A DNA stretch of 64,000 bases from Piromyces finnis finn (GCA_002104945.1 MCFH01000017.1:248001-312000), one strand, 5' to 3'. Shown: positions 1 through 13,117, counted from the stretch's first letter. Notes: generated by a model not told the origin, from the letters alone. Made by a program: numbers and translations.

Positions 1-17
1 ATTATTATTATTAATAG

Positions 18-357
18 TTTAGATGAACTTGTTAAGCATGGTCAAAATGGGTTATGTTTTGATAATTCAGATGAATTATTTAAACAATTTATTGTAAGTT
101 TTAACAATAACTGATATATATAATTCATTATCATTATCTCCATCATCATCATCTTTATTAAATTTCTAACACGCTCACAAACTAACAATTTATTTCCATT
201 TCAAAAAAAAAAAAAAAACTTTTTTCTAATCTAGACTCTATTAAAACATTTTCCAAATAACGAAAAGCTAAAATTAATGAGAGAAAATATAAAAGAATTT
301 CAAAAGAGAAGATGGAACGATAATTGGAATGAAAATGTATTACCCTTATTAAACTAA
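18..357 (+). CDS. ALG1: 3' end (last two exons) of chitobiosyldiphosphodolichol beta-1,4-mannosyltransferase; gene starts upstream of the window
   Basis: Exons 18-93 and 235-357 (GTAAGT...CTAG intron) translate to LDELVKHGQNGLCFDNSDELFKQFI/TLLKHFPNNEKLKLMRENIKEFQKRRWNDNWNENVLPLLN*, matching the ALG1 C-terminal pattern (ELVKHxxNGLxF...RWDxxW). Confidence 0.8.
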
Positions 358-1423
358 AAAATGAACTAAAAATTTCAAAACTTTAAATGGAGTATTAATA
401 ATAATAATTTTATAAATATTATCGAAAGAAAAGAGAGAGAAAAAAAAATACATATAATTCATAATACAATAATACCTATGGATATGGATATGTAATTTAA
501 AAAAGAGCAAAAGTATTTTTAAACTACCAATAATTCATTTTTAATAAACTATCAAAAATTTAAATATTACATATGATATAAACAATGATCATAAAGTGGT
601 GTCTTTATATAAATTAACTTAAAAGTGTATATTACACAAAAGATCAACTATTTTTATTATATTTATTAAAACTTTTATTATTTCTAAAGTATTTTTTTTT
701 ATATAAAAAAAATGTTCTATTTTAAATCTATTTTTAGTTTTTTATTTTAAAAGATAAAAAAGAAAAAGAAAACCATACATTCCTTTTCTTCTTAATAAAT
801 AATAATAAATAATTAGTTTTTATAAATCATTAAATTATACTATATTTATATTAATAAAGATCATACTTTTTTTTTAAATTAGATAAACTTTACTTTTTTA
901 AATGAAAGAAAGAATATGAAATGAAAAAATGAAAATAAAATAAAAAAAAAAAAAAAAAAAAAAAAAAAATAGAAAATGATAGTGATAATAATTAATTTTT
1001 AGTATTAATAAGAAAAATAAAGAAAATAGAATTTTTTTAATATTTTGAAAATTCATTTTTTTCCCTATATTATCCTATCATCATATTGTTTTTTTTTTTT
1101 TTTTTTTTTATTTTTTTTATTTTATAATATATAGATTTATATATAGTTTTTTTTTTTTTTTTTAAAGTTTTTTAATTTTAATGAAGAGGGTTGGATGTGG
1201 GTGTTTTTTTTTTTTTTTTTTTTTTTAAATATGTATATTATAAATAAATAAAATGTACAAAAAAAAAAAGTTTAACTTTTTTTTTTTTTGAATTAAATAG
1301 TTGGGTTGTTGTGTTGTCGTTGCCGTTGTTTTATCTAGTATTGTTATTATTATACAATTACAATATATTTGATTAGGAAGAAGAAGAAAAAGAGATAAAA
1401 GAAGAAAAAAAAAATTTTTTTTT

Positions 1424-2950
1424 TCAAAGTTTTTGGAAATCTTTATACAATAAATTATTTTTTGTAGTGGAAGGATTGTTTGTATTAGAATTTTGGAATA
1501 AAATTTTTTCGAATTCGGTTAATTGATTCATTAAATTAAGGTTTGGTGAAATATGTGGATTACGTAATTTAACAAAAGCATAAGCTTGAGCCACATTAAG
1601 ATGAAGAGTTTTCATAATATAAGCGATGATTAAACTAGCAGAACGAGAGACACCTTGTTGACAAGATACAAGGACTGCCTTCTTTTTATTTCTTGATTCA
1701 TTGATAAAATCAAACGCCTTATCGAAATATTTACTTAAATGATCTTGATTATGATGCCAATAAAACTTTTTGTAACGAATATTACGTTTAAGAGAATGAG
1801 ATAAATCTCTAATAGCTTCTACTGTACTCATTTCATATTTGCACATAAATTTTTTCTTTTCTTCCTCCTTATCAAATTCATCATCCACTTCCGAAGAGAA
1901 TTTATGATCAATTTCAATGACAGCATTTTCATCGTAGATCATTTCAATATCAATTTCATCATCCGTAATTTTTGAATTTTTAATTAAAGAGCTGGCATCT
2001 TCTTTTAAAAAGGACATAATGAAAGGATTATTGACTTCATAGGCGACATTTAATAAAGCCCCAATATTTAAATCGTGTAAAATGTTTTTATCAGCAGCAT
2101 TTTCTTCACAACCCAAATAAAGGTAAGGAAGAATACAAATTGGACCGTATTTATAAGGTTCAGAAGCCGTTAAAATACTTTCAGAATCTTTACTTTGTTT
2201 TTGTTGTTGTATTATATCGGCAGCAAGAGACGTACCGTAGTATTCTTCTTCAATACTAGATTTTAAATTGTTTGTATCACTGTCTGTTGTTTTAGAATTA
2301 ATAATAAGCGAAGGTTTCATTTGATTCTTTTTCTTATCTTTTGGTAAAGGATATTCCTTATTTAATGGTGAATTTGGTGAGATAGTATCATCGACATTTA
2401 AGCTAGAATTATGAAATTCAAAGAAATGTCTTTTTGGTGGAATAGTAGCGGAGGTGCAAGAAGGTTGTAAACCTCTTGTTCTTTTAATATTAAGAGGCAT
2501 TAAAACCTTGTTAGCTTCCTTCATTTTTTTAGAATATTTTTTGGATGGAACATAGTTATTTTCCAAATCCAGATCCAATTTCATATTATTATTTTTTAAT
2601 AAAGAAGTTACAGCTGAATCTATGGTATTAACACCAGAATTATTAACATTATTACTTGTTGGAGAATTTGTATTTATTATGGTAGTATTAGTTGGAGTTG
2701 AAGTTATTGAGACAGTAGTATTAGTATTTGGAGAATTAGATAGAGTGGCAGTAAATCCGCTTAATTCATTACTAATAGAAGTATCTGTATCCATGATACT
2801 TGAATCCAACATTGATTTATTACTATTTATAATTTTAATATTTAATTTTGGTTTTGGTTTTGATTTTGGTTTAGCAAATTCTGTCATTGTATCTGTAAAA
2901 ATTTCATTTATTATTGGTAATTTATCAGTTATTATTTGAGGTGTAGCCAT
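1424..2950 (-). CDS. Dual-specificity protein phosphatase, fungal MAPK-phosphatase type (Msg5/Sdp1/Pmp1-like), intronless
   Basis: 508-aa ORF; low-complexity N-terminal half; C-terminal DSP domain with GPICILPYLYLG, LLNVAYEV, VLVSCQQGVSRSASLIIAYIM and AYAFVKLRNPHISPNLNLMNQL. Confidence 0.9.
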   Translation of the reverse strand: MATPQIITDKLPIINEIFTDTMTEFAKPKSKPKPKLNIKIINSNKSMLDSSIMDTDTSISNELSGFTATLSNSPNTNTTVSITSTPTNTTIINTNSPTSNNVNNSGVNTIDSAVTSLLKNNNMKLDLDLENNYVPSKKYSKKMKEANKVLMPLNIKRTRGLQPSCTSATIPPKRHFFEFHNSSLNVDDTISPNSPLNKEYPLPKDKKKNQMKPSLIINSKTTDSDTNNLKSSIEEEYYGTSLAADIIQQQKQSKDSESILTASEPYKYGPICILPYLYLGCEENAADKNILHDLNIGALLNVAYEVNNPFIMSFLKEDASSLIKNSKITDDEIDIEMIYDENAVIEIDHKFSSEVDDEFDKEEEKKKFMCKYEMSTVEAIRDLSHSLKRNIRYKKFYWHHNQDHLSKYFDKAFDFINESRNKKKAVLVSCQQGVSRSASLIIAYIMKTLHLNVAQAYAFVKLRNPHISPNLNLMNQLTEFEKILFQNSNTNNPSTTKNNLLYKDFQKL

Positions 2951-3515
2951 TTATTTATAGAAATGGTTTCTGTTGTTGTTTTATTTTTATTATTCTTTTT
3001 TTTTTTTTTATTTATGTTTTTTGTTTTTTATTTTTATCTTGTTAGTTTTATTTGAAACAAGATAATATTTACAAAAGATTTTTATTGTTTATACTTTTTT
3101 TAATAGTTTTACTATTTATTTATTCGATTATTTTTTTTTTATTGAGTGAGTCTCCTATATTTAATAGAAAAGAAAAAAAGGAAAAATGCAATTCTTTTCT
3201 CTACACACACAAAAGGATATAATATATATATATATATAAAAAAAAAAAAAGAATTTAGGAATAATAAGTAATTGTTAATAATTTTTTTGGAATTTTAAAT
3301 TTTTTTTCTTTTTCATCTGTTCAATTGAAAAAGTTTTATTTTTATCTATTCTATTTCTATCTATTCCAGTTTATATATCGATATTGTTTTATAAATAAAT
3401 CTTTATTTTTTTTAAAAAAAATAATAATAATAAAAAAAAAAAAAAAAAAGAAAAGAAATCTTACTTTTCTTTAAATAAGGGAGGAAAGTGAATAGTAATC
3501 TACAATTTAATCTTT

Positions 3516-3547
<32 letters not shown>

Positions 3548-6500
3548 CTTATTTTCTTATTTTTATTTTTAAATATTTATTTACAATGTTTTATTTTAAT
3601 AATGTTTTACAGTTTTATTTTTTACTTTTTTCAATAATTTGAATTTCCACTTTTTTTTTAAATTTAAATTTAAAAAAAAAAAAAGAAAAAAAAAAATTTT
3701 TTTTTATTAATTAATTAATAATATTTTTTTTTTTTTATTTAAAACAATGGATTGGATTTTAATAATGGTGAATGACTAATAAAAGTATTAATAGTAAATT
3801 CTCTTCTTCAATAATAATTATCAATAATAGAATAAGCGCTAAAAAGAAATTTACAATTATAATTATTATTTTTTAATTATTAGCATTATATTGCATTATA
3901 TTGCATTATTAGCATTATATTGCATCGTATAGCATCATAACGTTTATTAATAGAATATTAATAATAATAAAGGTGGAATGATAATAAACAAAATGAAAAT
4001 ATATAAATAGTAATGAACAACTATAATTACATTTTAATATTCATTTTAATGAAAAAGAACCTATTATTATCGGGGAATGATCAATGGATTTCATTAAAAA
4101 TATCTTTTTTTAAAGCTATACTATTATTAGAAAAATTTTAATTTTTATCATAACAACACCACACCACCACACTACACCTCAACATCATTACTCAAATATT
4201 ACTCAAATGTTTATAAAGAATGATTAAATGATAATGAATCTTTAAAAAAAAATACTTTTTACTTTAATATTCCTAAATCCTTTTCTTTAAATAAAACAAA
4301 ATTCATTTTTATTTAAAATAAAAAAAAAAAAAAGGTTTAACCATTTTCTACACCAAACTTTTAGCCAAATTTTTGTGGTTAATGATGGCCATGTTTTGGT
4401 CATGGTGATGGTAAGGTGTTGGATGGCCATTTTAATTTTTGAATTAATTTTTTTATTTAGAATATTAACAATCTTTAATTGTATATTAAATTTTAATTTA
4501 TTTGTTGTACTACAAATTATGTTTATTATAAATTAAAGTTTACTTATTTATTAAATTAATATAACATCGTGTAACATATGATAGAATATTAATAATTAAA
4601 ATTTGAAATCTATTAAAAAAAAAAGATAACATTTTTAAAATTAAATTAAATATGATGTTGAATAAAAAACAATAATGTTAATATATATAATAATATATGG
4701 TACATTGAATTAATCTATTTAATTTGTGTAATATTAAAAAGAATTAAAATGTAACAAACAAAAATTAATTAAAGATAAAAAAAAAGATAATATTATAAAT
4801 AAACGTGATGTGACACGAATTATGCTATAATTTAAAAAATGACCGTTTTCTTTCTTTTTAAAAATCAACGTTAAAGCATTATTATTTATGTTTTTTTTTT
4901 TTACTTTAAATCACTTATCCTATAAAACTAGTATTCTTTAGGCTATAGAAATATAATAGTAGAAATATAAATAATTGAAATACCATCTTTTTTAAATCTA
5001 TAAATAATTTCAAACGATGATTTGAATTATGATGATTAATTTTAGATGACAGCGGCCTATTTAAAAAAAAAAGAATATTTTTAATATTTCTATAAATTAA
5101 TTATAAATTAAATTTTTAATCATGGAATATTTTATTAGAATATCGTAATGTAATAAAAATACAAAATCTAATGTAATTACAAATACATTACAATGGTAAG
5201 TGAAATGTATGTAAAGGTAATAGAAATCTCTAACTCATAACATTAAAAAATATAAATGTATTTCTTAAAAAAGATGTTTTTATTATTATTGGAAGTGATA
5301 ATGAACCTTTTTTTTTCTAAAAAAAAAATGGATTATTTAGTAATCGATCTAGTACAATCTATGAATTATATATAAAATATTTAATATTACTAGTAAATAG
5401 AATCATTTCCCCATTATCTATAGGCATTTATTAAAAAATTCTTATTCTTTTTTTTTTTTTACTAATATTTAATGTTCATTTTTGGGATCAATATTTTGGA
5501 TTACTATAATAAAAAAAAAAGTTTTTAAAGTTTAATTTTACTTTAATGCAATTAAAGATTTAAAGTTTTATAAAAGATTTTGCTTTCTCTCTCTCTTTTT
5601 TTTTTCTTAATGGGTATCATTTTCAAATGAAAAAGAAAAAAAAACTTTAACCCTTTTATTCATTACTATCAATTTGTATATACATTAGAATTGCTATTTT
5701 TTTTTTTTTTTTGAAAGTAATCTGAAGGTATATTAATGATATTAACAAAATTAAAACCTTTTCTGTCGTAACATTTCATGATAAAAAAAATTAATGTCAT
5801 CTTTCATCTTTAGTTAGATACTATTTCATATATAATCTTTTTTTTTCAAAAAAAATTACTGAATTTGTTTATTATATAAACTATTTTGTAAGGATCTTTT
5901 TTTTTTCTTGTTATGTTTTCATCATTAAAAATGGTTGTTGGCAATAGGTTTCTTTGCTATTGCTTCTTTTTTTACGAACATCTTTTTTTTTTTTAATCCA
6001 CATTTTTTTTTATTTTTTGTATCATCCATAAAAATTTAAATGACTCTATATTAGTTTATATTTTAATATATATATTAAATAAAATTAATTGTCATTTTCA
6101 ATTAACATTATATATTAGAATTAAATTAATAATATATATGGAATTGTGTTTAAAAATTTTTAATGAATTGTAATGAGATTAAAAAGTAAATGAATAAATT
6201 AATAATAAAATAAATAAACAAATAAAAAAGTAGATGAATAAACAAAACAAATAAACGAATATTAAAATAAAGGACTCATAAAAAGTCAAGAGTAACCTCT
6301 ATACACATTTCTTTTAAAAAAAAAAAGATTGTGGTGAAAGGAAAGCATGAAATACAAAAATGAACAGATTGCTAAACCAAAAGCAAAGTAATAAAGTACT
6401 TTAAAAAGAGTCAATGCTAGTATTAAATATTTATATTTAATATTATGTTACTGATCATTATCAATTTATTCAAGAGTAAAAAGAGGACTTTTTTTTTTAA

Positions 6501-6846
6501 AAACTTTAAACATGAATAATATAAAACTTTTTTATTATATCTATTAAAAAATAAAAAAAGGATCTTTGTATTATTAAGACAATTCCATTAGAAACTTTCC
6601 CCCCTTTATTCCATTATTGCTTTAGATCTTTTTTTTTTATTATTATTATTATAAAAAAATAAATCTTTATTAGAAATGAAGTCCATTTTCAATTCTTCAT
6701 ACCACTACTTTTAGTACTTTTAGTGTTATTTTTATTGCCACTGCAACAATAACAACAGGTTTTTACTATTCCTATTTATAATAACGTCATTACAATAGGA
6801 TCGTTACTACAGAACGATTAGTATTAGTATTATTAATAGCATCATG

Positions 6847-7364
6847 ACTATTACCGACTATTACTTTGACTATTACTATTACTATTACTTTGACTATTAC
6901 TATTACTTTGACTATTACTATTACTATTACTATTACTATTACTATTACTATTACTATTACTTTGACTATTACTATTACTATTACTATTACTATTACTATT
7001 ACTTTGACTATTACTATTACTATTACTTTGACTATTACTTTGACTATTACTATTACTATTACTATTACTATTACTATTACTATTACTATTACTATTACTA
7101 TTACTATTACTATTACTATTACTATTACTATTACTATTACTATTACTATTACTATTACTATTACTATTACTATTACTATTACTATTACTATTACTATTAC
7201 TTTGACTATTACTATTACTATTACTTTGACTATTACTTTGACTATTACTATTACTATTACTATTACTATTACTATTACTATTACTATTACTATTACTATT
7301 ACTATTACTATTACTATTACTATTACTATTACTATTACTATTACTATTACTATTACTATTACTA
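6847..7364. repeat. Hexanucleotide microsatellite (TATTAC)n with TTTGAC variant units, about 86 units
   Basis: Read directly from sequence; source of the spurious poly-Y, TI and NS ORFs. Confidence 0.95.
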
Positions 7365-9192
7365 TGATTCTTACCGATTATTAATAGCATCATGCCTATT
7401 CAACTACCACCACCCACCACCACCACCATCTCCTCCTCCTCCTCTTCCACCATCACAAGAGAACTTTTTAAAATTATCTTTTTAATATATGAGAATAAAT
7501 ATATTAATTAAATTAAATTTAATATTTTAATACAATAATTCATATATTAATTGATATATTAATAAATGGATTAGATAATTAAACTAATATAAAAAATATT
7601 TTATTATATTAAATTGTTAATTCAATAAAATATAATAACAATTAATTGTAATATATGTAAATACTATTAAATAAATATAAAAAATAGAGTCATGAATAGA
7701 ATTAATAAATTTATTTTTTATGCCTTTTTTTTTATTTTAAAATGATTCCATAATAATTGATTATTGAATAGAATTAAATATATATTATTATTATATATTA
7801 TTATTACATTATTATTATATTATTATTAATTCAATAATCATTCTTTAATTAAATTAATTCAAAAAAAAGCAAAAAAAAAAAAAAAATTATTTCATCATCA
7901 TTTTTCAAAATTTATGAAAATTTTTAATTATTTATGACATTGGGATGAACTTTAGTTAAAATAGGAAAAATTTATTAAACACCATTTTTTTTTATTTTTT
8001 AAAAATTTAACTAAAAAAAAAATAGTTTCATCTAAAAAAAAAAAAAAGTCAATGAAGGCATGTGTTTAAAGTATCATTAATAAAACATAATATATATAAA
8101 GGTAATTATTATTAAAAGAAAAGTGTAAGAATAAATATTGAAGAATGTATATAAAAAAGAAAAGTTTAAAAAAAACCCACATTTTGTTGAATAGAAAAAA
8201 AACTTTGGTTAGAAAAAAAAGTAGATTTATAAAGTATTTATTATTCGAGATGGATTGAAATTGAACTGTATCAACCTATGCTATAGATAAAACAACCTTT
8301 AAAAAAAGTGTAAAAATAAAAAAATTTTAAAAGAGGCTTTTTTTTTCTTTTTTTATCTTGATAAAGTGTAGAGTTATTTTTTATTCATAAAAAGTTTAGT
8401 GACTTTTATATTAAATAGACTTGAAATACTTTAAATATCTTTTTTTTTTTTTTTCTTATAATGTTACTAATGAAAAATAATAATATTAGTAATAAAGTAC
8501 AATATATATTAATAAACTAACTTTTTTTATTTATTTATTTAAATATCAAGATATATATTAAATATCTTAAAAAAATATTAAAGCCAAAGTAGAAATACTG
8601 CTAAAAAAAAAAAAAGTTAATAGAAAGAAAAACAATATATAAATAAAAAATAGGAAAAAGAAATTAAAAAAAAAAAAAAGAGGAAAACTTTTTATATAGA
8701 CAAAAGATTATATGTATTTATCAATATTATATCTTTTTTCAGGATTTCAAAATATTATCGTTTTACACTATCAACAATAATACTAAATAGTTTGTTCTCT
8801 TACTTTTTTATTTCATTTAAAAAACACTTTAATTATCTATTTTTTCCCCAATTCCTATAGATTTATTGTTTTATTTTTTTTTATATTATAAATTAAGATT
8901 TGTATAATTATTAAAAACGTTGTTTTTTTTATAAATATTAATTAATACCTTTAAAAGCAAAACAAAAACAACAAAAGCAAAAGAAAAGAGAAAAAAGCGA
9001 AAACACCAATTCATTATATACATAAATAGTATTTTTTATATGTAAAAAAAAAAAAAAGATATTTAAAATAAATATTTTAAAGAAAAAAAAAGTTTAAAAC
9101 TCTCCGTAGACACACACACACACACATATATATATATACATATACACCCCTATATATATAGATTTATTACATAGATACACACTCCTAAAAAA

Positions 9193-10608
9193 ATGTTTAA
9201 TAAAAAACTAATAAAACAAATCATTTTATTATCTACCTTAAATATAATTCAATATACCAAGGCAGAAAGTCAATGTTCTTCCAATTTGGATTGTGCTAAA
9301 TATAATACCGAGGTAGATACCCATGTATGTATAAGGTTTAATGGTCAAACGGATTACGTATGTTATCTAAGTACAGAAGCCTATTGTGATTCAGACAAAA
9401 CTTGTCAAGCGTATAATGAAAAATTAAAATTTTGTTATGTTCCACCATGGATTACCAATAAAAATTCCCAAAAACAATGTTTCACGGTACATCAAGCAGG
9501 AGCGACGTGTGTTGAAGATATTCATTGTGAGGAAGGTCTTGTATGCTCTGATAATGTTTGTGTTAAGGATATTGGAAATACAAGAGTTGTTGGATCTAAG
9601 GGAAACAGTACCGAAACCACCACAAGTAAAACTACATCTAAAAATAAGGCATCCTCAAAAAGTACCAATAGTTCCACCAATACTATTGGATTAGATGATG
9701 ATGATGAAGAAAAAAAGAAAGGACCTATTGAAATTATTGGTTTACCACTTTGGGCATTTATACTTTTAACGGCAGTACCTGTTATCTTCATTATTGCCAT
9801 TCTTTGGGGTTTATCCATTGGTCGCAGAAGTTACAGGGAAGAAGAAGAACGTAAAAAGGGTAGATTAGCCATTGAAAATAATAAAAGAGATTTAGAAACA
9901 AATTATAAAGGATCCAACGAAAGTCTTTTACCTAAATCTTCCTCTGAAATAAATATGAAGGATGAATTACTTAAAAATTATGTCAATGCCGAAGGTAAAA
10001 AGAAGGGAAATGAATTTGTTTCTTCTTCCATTTCTTCCAATTCAACCATTGGTAATAATTTAACGGCTGTTACGGTCGATAGTAAAGGAAAAACTTCCCC
10101 ATTCCTTGATGTTCCTAAAACACGTAAACCAAGAAAATCCAATGCTAGTACCAATTCTGATGTTAATATACCACCAAAACCAAAAAAACCAAAATCTATT
10201 GTAAATTCAGAATATTCAGATTCCAATTCATTTAAAGGTTTACTTTCCTCTGGTCAACCTATGGGTATGAGTGCTGCTGAAAGTGGTATTTATTCAAGTT
10301 ACTTTGGTGGTGCAGGGGGAAGTACTGTTTCTGCTAGTTACTTTGGTGGTCAACCAATGAATACTATTCCTCCTACTGATCCAGCTATGACAGCTTTATA
10401 CTATCAACAATATATGGCTGCTCAAGCTCAACAAGCTGCTGCTGCTCAACAATATATGAACCAATACTATGTTAATAATGGTATGGGTATGGCATCGGTA
10501 GATATGATGCAATATCAACAAATGTATAATATGGGTATGGGTATGGCTTATCCTGGTAGTGATGTTTCTTCCACCGTAGAAACAAAAAAGAATAAAGGTG
10601 GAAGGTAA
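9193..10608 (+). CDS. Type I membrane protein: signal peptide, Cys-rich ectodomain, Ser/Thr linker, one TM helix, low-complexity cytoplasmic tail; intronless
   Basis: 471-aa ORF; hydrophobic N-terminus (LIKQIILLSTLNII...AES); 12 Cys between CSSNLDC and CSDNVC; TM IIGLPLWAFILLTAVPVIFIIAILWGLSI followed by basic GRRSYR. Confidence 0.85.
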   Translation: MFNKKLIKQIILLSTLNIIQYTKAESQCSSNLDCAKYNTEVDTHVCIRFNGQTDYVCYLSTEAYCDSDKTCQAYNEKLKFCYVPPWITNKNSQKQCFTVHQAGATCVEDIHCEEGLVCSDNVCVKDIGNTRVVGSKGNSTETTTSKTTSKNKASSKSTNSSTNTIGLDDDDEEKKKGPIEIIGLPLWAFILLTAVPVIFIIAILWGLSIGRRSYREEEERKKGRLAIENNKRDLETNYKGSNESLLPKSSSEINMKDELLKNYVNAEGKKKGNEFVSSSISSNSTIGNNLTAVTVDSKGKTSPFLDVPKTRKPRKSNASTNSDVNIPPKPKKPKSIVNSEYSDSNSFKGLLSSGQPMGMSAAESGIYSSYFGGAGGSTVSASYFGGQPMNTIPPTDPAMTALYYQQYMAAQAQQAAAAQQYMNQYYVNNGMGMASVDMMQYQQMYNMGMGMAYPGSDVSSTVETKKNKGGR

Positions 10609-11464
10609 AAAAAAAAAAAAAGGAAATTCATTCCTTTTCCTTTTTTTCAACACTCTAACCCTATATTTTTATTCACATATCAACTACTTTTTTTTTAAAA
10701 AAAAAAAAACACTTTAAGAAATTGAAATTTTAATCCACATAAACACCTATCTATCTTTTTAATATATCCCTAAAATGTTCAAAAAAGTATAAATAGTTTT
10801 TTTTTTATAAACTCTTTAACGTCATCATAAAATATATATATATTATATCCCATATTCAAAAAAAAAAAAAAAAAAATTTTTATAGAAAAAAGAATAATAA
10901 TTAATTTATTCTTTTAGCACTCTTTTTTTTTTTTTTTTTTTTTTTCCCTTATAAATAATATATATTTAATAGAAATATTTAATTCCAAAAAAAAAAAAAA
11001 AAAAAATTAAACCTCAATTTGAATAAATATAATTATTATTTATTTATTGTTAAAAGGTTTTTAATAATAAAAGCTTTCTTTATTTAAATAGTTAAAATTA
11101 TTTAAAATTCTATTTTTTTTTTATTCACTCAAAAGTTTGTGTTTTTTTATTATTATTAAAAAAAAAATAAATCCTTTAAATTTTATTTTTTTTTTTATAA
11201 ATTTGTTGGTATAAATATGAAATGTACAAAGGAATGAAAGAAAGAAAAAGTTTAACAATTAAATGAATTTATAATTTCTATGAATTATTGATTATTATTA
11301 AATTAGTTTTTTGTTATTGATATTGTTTGATATTGTTGTTATATAATATTATTTGTTTGTATTAATTATGAATTAGAATTATGAATTAGACATTGTAATT
11401 TGTTATAAGAATAATAATAATAATAATAAAAAAAAAAAGAAAACGTTTTTTTTTCCCTTTTCTT

Positions 11465-11496
<32 letters not shown>

Positions 11497-11547
11497 AAAG
11501 TTAAATAGTGTAAATGAAGAAAAAAAAAAAAAGATATTTATAAAATT

Positions 11548-12729
11548 TTATTCAGAATCAACCCAGTCTGATGCGATGCGACCTACTATTGGGAGTTCGT
11601 ATCTATATAAAGAATCAGCATTTGTATAAGCTTGATGACTATTTAAAATGAAAATTTTATTATTATTATATATATAGAAATAGATATATTGATAAAAAAG
11701 AATTGAGCGTTGTATATGTTAATTTTTTAGTTTTTTTTTTTTTTGTTGTTAAATTTTATAATTTCAATAGATAGTTACGCCAAGAAACATATAAGACCAA
11801 TTTCAATAATAAATAATAATCTTACTATGCCAGTATTAATTAAAAAGAAATCTAATATCTTTTTTTTTTTTTTTTTAAAAAGAAAATTTTGTAGGAAAAA
11901 AAAAAAAAAAGGTATATATAATAAATAAATAATTCTATAGTGTATATATAATAAACAAGTCCCTATCGTTGTCACTATAAATTCATTTTATATTTACCAA
12001 GAAACCACAGTAAAGAATTGAAGATTGCCAGGCATGAAAACGTACATAATCATTTTTGGTTTCGATTATTAAAAATATTATACCTTTTTATTCATGTATA
12101 AATTGAATTGAGATGGGTTTTAGTAATAAAAATTTTGCGAGATTATTATTATTATTTTTTTTTTCATTAATATTTGAAATTATTTGAAATTATTTGTATT
12201 AAAAAAAACCAAAATTAAAATATTAATTTAGTTTTTTTTTTTTAAAATTTACCTGAAATACAACCGAGAACGTAGGTTAAAGCAGCTTCCAAATCAATTC
12301 TTATTGGTAATCGTGTTTCATATCTTTATTTTAAATATTCAAAAAGTATATTCACATATATCATTTATATATATATACCGAGATAGAAATTATTGTCAAC
12401 ATTGTTTTTTTTTTTTTTTTTGATATTATCATAGTATTGAAAAGTAAAGAAAAGAAGAAGAAAAAAGAGGTCATTTAATTATTATTTAGTGGATTGTAAT
12501 AATTGAAATTGATATTTTAATAATTGATATTTTAATAATTATCTATTATTATGTTTATTATTATGTTTATTTTATCTTTAAAAAAACATATATATATGTG
12601 TGAGTGTATCTATTGTTTTTACCTATTAACTCTTATATTTTGTTCACCTGTAGCATTAATATTTTGAACCCCATCGTTTTGTGGTGTTAAAATATCAATA
12701 GTTTCATTATCAATGTTTTGGTAAGACAT
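11548..12729 (-). CDS. UPF0132/DUF4870-family small membrane protein, 5 exons
   Basis: Exons 12729-12623, 12323-12253, 12083-11998, 11858-11779 and 11638-11548, all GT-AG and phase-consistent. Protein has YETRLPIRIDLEAALTYVLG, FLIIETKNDYVRFHAWQSS and AYTNADSLYRYELPIVGRIASDWVDSE*, typical of fungal UPF0132 proteins. Missed by the ORF track. Confidence 0.85.
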
Positions 12730-12912
12730 TTTTATTTTATTGAATTTTTTTTTTTTAAAAAAAGTTTTTTATTTTATTTTATTTCTTTCTTTTATTGACA
12801 ATTTTTTTTTTTTTTTTAGTTATTCCTTAAAAGTAAAAATGTACAGCTTTGAACCAGCTTTGAACTAGGAATAAAAATCTTTTTTTTTAAAAAAAAAGAT
12901 AACAGAAAAAAA

Positions 12913-12946
<34 letters not shown>

Positions 12947-13083
12947 TTTTAAAATATAAATGAATTAAAAAATAAAAAAAAAATTTTTTTTTTTTAGAGT
13001 TCAAAACCAAAAAACGGTTTCGACTTTAAAGTTCTTTTTTTTTTTTTTTGCTTTTAAATAAAAAAGAATTTGGTTGAATTGAC

Positions 13084-13117
<34 letters not shown>

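Noticed and set aside
2622-2939. Antisense or alternate-frame ORFs over real genes (also 9437-10653, 14173-15080, 36192-36787, 38562-39150, 59970-61831)
   Set aside because: Shadow ORFs of low-complexity coding sequence; no independent motifs or splice support.
6844-7485. ORFs of 213, 180 and 172 aa (poly-Tyr, NS and TI repeats)
   Set aside because: Products of the TATTAC microsatellite; flanks give no coherent gene, and a trial minus-strand splice across the array had stops in all upstream frames.
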